Shown here piece by piece: positions 10,181-14,507 of a DNA stretch of 14,507 bases (positions are counted from its first letter, which is position 1; the number at the start of each line of letters is the position of its first letter). The DNA is taken from positions 1 through 14,507 of the forward strand of contig JBFXGD010000082.1 of the NCBI GenBank assembly GCA_050178385.1, given 5' to 3'. The notes below the pieces were generated by a model. It made no database searches. It was not told where the DNA came from and saw only the letters and a list, made by a program, of their open reading frames with translations. This stretch comes from Calditrichaceae bacterium. Its GTDB lineage: Bacteria > Calditrichota > Calditrichia > Calditrichales > JBFXGD01. Both the position numbers and the translations under genes were made by a program.

Positions 10181-11218
10181 TTAATTGGTGTTAATAATAG
10201 ATTTGATGTTGTTTAAAAATGGCGGTTTTATGATGCCGTGTTCTGTGATGATACCGGTAAGAAACTCGTTCGGGGTTACATCAAAAGCGGGATTATGGAC
10301 ATCATAACTTTCATAATCCGATATATTCCAAAAATCTAAAATCTCAGATTTATCCCGGTATTCAATAGGAATTTCTGCTCCGCAGCCGATCGAAAGATCA
10401 AATGAAGACGCCGGCGCGGCAGTATAGAACGGTATCTGATGATACCTTGCAAGAACTGCCAGTGAATAAGTTCCAATTTTATTAGCGAAATCCCCATTGG
10501 ATGATATGCGATCCGCGCCGACAATAACCATATTAATATTTTGCTTGTGCATAAGACTGGCAGCCATTCCATCGGTGATCAGGGTAGCGGGGATATTATT
10601 TTTCTTCAGTTCCCAGTAAGTAAGCCTTGCTCCCTGCCCAAGCGGACGGGTTTCATCCACAAACACATGAATATTTTTCCCCTCTTTTTGGGCTGTATAA
10701 ATCGGTGCTAAAGCTGTACCACTGCCGCCGGTCGCAAGAATACCGGCATTACAGTGAGTAAGAATATTAAATCCATCGCGAATAACATCAGAGCCGTACT
10801 TCCCTATCCGATCACAAGTCATGATATCATTTTTATGTATTTCATCCGCGGTACTCATTAATTTATTTAGCAGAACCTGATTATCATATTTTGTGAAAGA
10901 ATAATATGTTTTTATTAACTTATCAATTGCCCATTCAAGATTGACTGCAGTCGGTCTGCTATTTTTCAACGAATTGGCGGCAGCAATGAAGGCATCATCA
11001 TTCAATCCGCCAAGGCGATCCAATTGGCGCGCGTGCAGATATAGCGAATAAGCGGCAACTATTCCAATTGCGGGCGCTCCTCTTACCCGGAGGCGTTTGA
11101 TCGCATCAATTGATTCGTTCAAATTATTGAGTCGAATGATTTTAAATTCATTCGGCAACAAAGTTTGATCAATGATTTCAAGATAATTATTTTCGAATTG
11201 AATCGTTTGTATAATCAT
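10181..11218 (-). CDS. mtnA: S-methyl-5-thioribose-1-phosphate isomerase
   Basis: IDQTLLP, LRVRGAPAIG, RPTAVNL, THCNAGILAT, DETRP..QGARLT, GADRI..NGD.ANKIGT, NPAFDVTP. Confidence 0.96.
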   Translation of the reverse strand: MIIQTIQFENNYLEIIDQTLLPNEFKIIRLNNLNESIDAIKRLRVRGAPAIGIVAAYSLYLHARQLDRLGGLNDDAFIAAANSLKNSRPTAVNLEWAIDKLIKTYYSFTKYDNQVLLNKLMSTADEIHKNDIMTCDRIGKYGSDVIRDGFNILTHCNAGILATGGSGTALAPIYTAQKEGKNIHVFVDETRPLGQGARLTYWELKKNNIPATLITDGMAASLMHKQNINMVIVGADRISSNGDFANKIGTYSLAVLARYHQIPFYTAAPASSFDLSIGCGAEIPIEYRDKSEILDFWNISDYESYDVHNPAFDVTPNEFLTGIITEHGIIKPPFLNNIKSIINTN

Positions 11219-11247
11219 TCATTCCATTATATTTTTTTTGAGCATAA

Positions 11248-11276
11248 AAGCTAATAAATTAACATTTGGATTGCAA
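11248..11276 (-). promoter_or_regulatory. Putative sigma70 promoter for mtnA-TPR
   Basis: Minus strand TTGCAA(11276-11271)-N17-TAGCTT(11253-11248). Confidence 0.4.
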
Positions 11277-11309
11277 GAAAAACCAATGACCGGAAAAGCG
11301 AATTAAAAA

Positions 11310-11338
11310 TTGTTATAAATATAATATGTAATTAAATT
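11310..11338 (+). promoter_or_regulatory. Putative sigma70 promoter for the secreted hypothetical protein
   Basis: TTGTTA(11310-11315)-N17-TAAATT(11333-11338); very AT-rich context. Confidence 0.35.
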
Positions 11339-11374
11339 TATGTATAAAAAATAATCTTGGCAGGAGAAATTTTA

Positions 11375-12196
11375 ATGGAAAAATCGGTTTTGTGGAAAGT
11401 GTTTTTTTTGTTGTTTCTGAGTTTATCGCCATGCCTGAGTCAGGATATAAATTTTGATGAACAGGCGTTTTTCGAAAACTTAAAAACTTCATATTATACT
11501 CTTGAACAGTCTAAATTAAATAATGTTGTTTCTCTGGTTACGAGTACAAAAATAGAGCGCTTCGCTGAAAATAACTGGCAGAACGCAGAAATATTTCCTT
11601 TGCAAATGATTTGGGTAAAACCAAACAGTATTTATCTTTCAGAACAGGGAGTTCCTCCCCTTCGGGACGAAAATCAAATTAGTTATCATCAATCTGTTGA
11701 TGCTTTAAAGGAACAGTTCAAAACAATCTTATTAGATTTGCAGCGATTTTATATCAATGGCATATATGCAAGTATTGGCAATGATTATACTTTAATTCAG
11801 GATGAAAATACGGTTCGCGTTTCATTTTCCATGAATCAGGTTGGCGGCTTGATTGATTACGAATATACTTTTGGTATAAACGGCCTTTGCTTAAAAATTG
11901 AAACATACTATCATTATGATAATAATAAAGTCACAACATATCCCAAATTTAGGATAGTCAAAACAAAATGGATATGTGAAGGCTGGGAAGTTCAGGTAAG
12001 TAATCAGGATCAGATACGAAACGGCCATTTGGTTTTATTAAAAAACAGGGTGGTTCAGGATATATTTGTGCCGATAGAAATATCAATAGAAGCTCAAAAG
12101 AATACCGGAGAGAAATTCACTGAAATTATTAAAATAAAAAACTACCTGTTTAATCAGCCATTGCGGTTACTGAATGATGTTAAAGGAGATCGGTAA
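11375..12196 (+). CDS. Secreted hypothetical protein, beta-rich C-terminal half (possibly LolA-like fold)
   Basis: Long ORF. ATG 11375 with SD AGGAG at 11362-11366 is preferred over TTG 11357. Signal peptide MEKSVLWKVFFLLFLSLSPCLS-Q. The fold call is pattern-based only. Confidence 0.75.
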   Translation: MEKSVLWKVFFLLFLSLSPCLSQDINFDEQAFFENLKTSYYTLEQSKLNNVVSLVTSTKIERFAENNWQNAEIFPLQMIWVKPNSIYLSEQGVPPLRDENQISYHQSVDALKEQFKTILLDLQRFYINGIYASIGNDYTLIQDENTVRVSFSMNQVGGLIDYEYTFGINGLCLKIETYYHYDNNKVTTYPKFRIVKTKWICEGWEVQVSNQDQIRNGHLVLLKNRVVQDIFVPIEISIEAQKNTGEKFTEIIKIKNYLFNQPLRLLNDVKGDR

Positions 12197-12437
12197 GCAT
12201 TTTATCGATTCGTAGCTTTAATCGGTCTACCGGAGTGTTATCTTTTGATTTTAAACGGACGACTTCTTTAAGTCGTTTTTCAAATTCAATTTTTTTGTCA
12301 CATGGAAGACAGTAGTCCAGATGTTCATTAAATAGGAGTGTTTCTTCCTCATTCAAAACACCGTCGATATAAGCGTGAACATGCTTTTCAATATCCGCGC
12401 AATTGTACTTATCTATCTTCTTTGTCTTTGTCGTCAC
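12180..12437 (-). CDS. Zinc-binding anti-sigma factor (zf-HC2/ZAS, RsrA/RshA-like)
   Basis: 85 aa, soluble; C13-x25-H39-x3-C43-x2-C46 (HLDYCLPC); GTG start overlaps the sigma gene 3' end by 29 nt. Confidence 0.92.
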   Translation of the reverse strand: MTTKTKKIDKYNCADIEKHVHAYIDGVLNEEETLLFNEHLDYCLPCDKKIEFEKRLKEVVRLKSKDNTPVDRLKLRIDKMLTDLL

Positions 12438-12993
12438 TTATATAACCCCTTGTTTTTGCATAATTCCATAAATATCTTTGCAATAATTTCCTGCCCCTGT
12501 AAAGTCTGGACATCACGGTTCCGAGCGGAGCATCTATAATATTTGCGATTTCATTATAAGAAAAGCCCTCTACATCACAAAGCAAAACCACAAGTCTGAA
12601 CTGATAGGGTAAATTTTCAAGAGCTTCCTTTACATCATCCTCAAAAAAATTCTCAAGAAATTCTTCTTTTGATGTTTCCTGAAGACTGATGGTTTCATCC
12701 AGTCTTTTATACAGAAAAAACTCTTCAAGATCATCGTAACTAACCTTCTGTGGTTGTTTGATCGCTTTTCTGTATGCTGTTATAAATGTATTTACCAATA
12801 TTCTGAAAACCCAGGCTCTGAAATTTGTATTTTTCTGATACTGATCGAGGGCTCTGAATGCTTTGTACAGAGTGTCCTGAACTAAATCTTCAGCATCATT
12901 CTGATTATGGGTCATTCTTAACGCGGTGCTGTATAAAGACTGTAAGTGCGGATCGATAAGCTCAGAAAATTCACGCTGGCGTTCAGTAATCAA
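12409..12993 (-). CDS. ECF sigma-70 factor, SigR/SigH-like
   Basis: Region 2 LYSTALRMTHNQNDAEDLVQDT...TNFRAWVFRILVNTFI; region 4 EGFSYNEIANIIDAPLGTVMSRLYRGR. TTG start with SD AAGGAG (13005-13000) 6 nt upstream. Confidence 0.95.
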   Translation of the reverse strand: MITERQREFSELIDPHLQSLYSTALRMTHNQNDAEDLVQDTLYKAFRALDQYQKNTNFRAWVFRILVNTFITAYRKAIKQPQKVSYDDLEEFFLYKRLDETISLQETSKEEFLENFFEDDVKEALENLPYQFRLVVLLCDVEGFSYNEIANIIDAPLGTVMSRLYRGRKLLQRYLWNYAKTRGYISDDKDKEDR

Positions 12994-13035
12994 AAAACAC
13001 TCCTTATTTGCTGTAAGTTGCTATTAATCTGCTTA

Positions 13036-13064
13036 ATTTTAAAAAAAATATCAATATAAATCAA
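13036..13064 (-). promoter_or_regulatory. Putative sigma70 promoter for the sigma/anti-sigma operon
   Basis: Minus strand TTGATT(13064-13059)-N17-TAAAAT(13041-13036). Confidence 0.55.
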
Positions 13065-13083
13065 GGTTATTAAAATTTGCCGT

Positions 13084-14277
13084 TTATACCTTTAGAAGAA
13101 TTTGAAAAGTAGTTCCATGTTCCGGCCTGCTTTCTTTTAATATCAATTTCCCGCCATGATATTCTTCGATAATTCGTCTTGCTAAACTTAAACCCAGTCC
13201 CCAGCCTCTTTGTTTCGTACTAAAACCAGGTTTAAAAATATTTTTTTGTTCTTTTAACGGTATGCCTTTACCATTATCTGTTACTTCAATACAGACCGAC
13301 TTTTTCTTTGGATTCAAATGTGTAGAAATCGCGATTTGGCCATGATTACCTTCAATGGCATCAAGGGCGTTTTTGATCAAATTTTCAAGCACCCATTCGA
13401 AAAGATCAGTATTCAAAAGTACGGTGGGATTATCATCATAACTGGAATTGATCGAAATCGTTCTTTGCATATTGGGTAATCTTTTTTGGAAGTATGATGA
13501 GATATTGTCAATCACCCCATTTAACAGAACCGGTTTTAGTTTGGGTAATGATCCAATTTTTGAAAAACGGTTGGCAATTTTATTAAGACGTGAAAGGTCA
13601 TTCTGCATTTCATGGAGGGCCGTGGGTAATAAACCGGTGTCAGATTTAATGAGCTCAATCCATCCAAGCAGAGAGCTGAGCGGTGTGCCCAATTGGTGGG
13701 CTGTTTCCTTGGCCATTCCTACCCAGATAAACCGTTGTTCACTTTTTTTAATCTGAGAAAAGCCCATATAGCCCAGTAGAATAAAAAGAAAAACACTGCC
13801 GATAGCCATATATGGTAACAATCTTAACTGATAAATTACCGGAGAAAGGCCGTAATAATAATATCCGAGGATTTCGCCATCATACTTGATTGGCAGCGGA
13901 TCATTTTCGCTCGCTATTTTTTCCAGTTCTGAAAGAAGAAAGATACTGTCTTGCCGGCTGATACTTGTTGAAGAATCTATATTTGGTGAAATGTTTACCC
14001 AGCTTTGAGGTGTTTTCTCGGTGTCCGTGTAAATAATCGGGTAATCGGCACCGCGAATGACTTCATTGAAGAAGAAACTCAGATCCATACTGACATCAGG
14101 ATTATTAATATTTTCCTCAAAAACTTTAATTCTGAAGCGCATATATTCAGTGGAATTGTCTTTTAAGATTGCAACCATTCTCTGTGTATACCAGAAGGCG
14201 GATATGATTAAAATTATCCCGATTAAAAAGAGCAGTCCTTTAAAATTGCCTTTAGTTCTATAAACGGATTTAATCAA
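13084..14277 (-). CDS. Membrane sensor histidine kinase (HisKA + HATPase_c)
   Basis: Two TM helices around an extracytoplasmic domain; H-box ETAHQLGTPL, N-box ENLIKNALDA, G1 DNGKGI, F-box IFKPGFSTK, G2 GWGLGL. TTG start with GGAG 10 nt upstream. Confidence 0.96.
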   Translation of the reverse strand: MIKSVYRTKGNFKGLLFLIGIILIISAFWYTQRMVAILKDNSTEYMRFRIKVFEENINNPDVSMDLSFFFNEVIRGADYPIIYTDTEKTPQSWVNISPNIDSSTSISRQDSIFLLSELEKIASENDPLPIKYDGEILGYYYYGLSPVIYQLRLLPYMAIGSVFLFILLGYMGFSQIKKSEQRFIWVGMAKETAHQLGTPLSSLLGWIELIKSDTGLLPTALHEMQNDLSRLNKIANRFSKIGSLPKLKPVLLNGVIDNISSYFQKRLPNMQRTISINSSYDDNPTVLLNTDLFEWVLENLIKNALDAIEGNHGQIAISTHLNPKKKSVCIEVTDNGKGIPLKEQKNIFKPGFSTKQRGWGLGLSLARRIIEEYHGGKLILKESRPEHGTTFQILLKV

Positions 14278-14353
14278 ATCTTCGGGTCTCCGGCTGAAAT
14301 ACTGAACACTAATTTAATTTTTGGTTCATTATTATATTATACGGGAGAAAAAT

Positions 14354-14379
14354 AAAAAAAAGGCGGTCAACTGACCGCC
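14354..14379 (-). terminator. Rho-independent terminator of the upstream minus-strand gene
   Basis: Inverted repeat GGCGGTCA/TGACCGCC (14362-14379) followed on the minus strand by T8, starting 6 nt after a stop codon. Confidence 0.88.
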
Positions 14380-14385
14380 GTAATA

Positions 14386-14507
14386 TTATTTAAGGTCATC
14401 CAGGTATTTTTTAGCCTGAGCTTTATATTCAGGATCATCTGCATCGCTGTTGGCAAGCGAAAGGCAGGTTTCGAATTCTTTTTTTGCCAACCCTTTTTCA
14501 TCCATTT
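14386..14507 (-). CDS. 3' end of a probable TPR-like protein (partial)
   Basis: Manual translation ...MDEKGLAKKEFETCLSLANSDADDPEYKAQAKKYLDDLK*; helical TPR-like pattern with a capping helix; followed by a terminator. Confidence 0.65.
   Translation of the reverse strand, partial: MDEKGLAKKEFETCLSLANSDADDPEYKAQAKKYLDDLK

Noticed and set aside
10891..10897. Rex half-site TTGTGAA inside mtnA
   Set aside because: No matching second half and it lies within coding sequence.
11310..11327. Rex-like imperfect palindrome TTGTTATAAATATAATAT in the divergent promoter
   Set aside because: Four mismatches to even the TTGTTAA-N4-TTAACAA variant, in nearly pure A/T sequence; consistent with chance.
13091..13123. 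GGAAC motifs upstream of the ECF gene as an autoregulatory -35 element
   Set aside because: Neither is followed by GTT at the expected spacing, and both lie in kinase coding sequence.

Overview
AT-rich bacterial chromosomal replication-origin region, mostly core housekeeping DNA. Leftward: rpmH (not in the ORF track), rnpA, yidD and the 5' end of yidC. Next is a 521-bp non-coding, very AT-rich interval (909-1429) with DnaA boxes and a Bacillus-type unwinding element, i.e. a probable oriC, but there is no dnaA gene in its usual slot between rpmH and dnaN. Rightward: dnaN-recF-dciA(DUF721)-gyrB-gyrA-rex, closed by a bidirectional terminator. After that come a TPR lipoprotein and mtnA (minus strand), a secreted hypothetical protein (plus), a SigR/RsrA-like ECF sigma factor and zinc anti-sigma pair, an orphan histidine kinase, and the 3' end of a TPR-like gene with its terminator (all minus). 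Protein signatures suggest an FCB-related organism outside the Bacteroidia, possibly Calditrichota-like (inference only). I see no mobile elements, CRISPR arrays or RNA genes, and no clear novel defence-type system. The most interesting points are the dnaA-less origin and its box layout, rex appended to the gyrase operon, and GyrA Ser83->Met.
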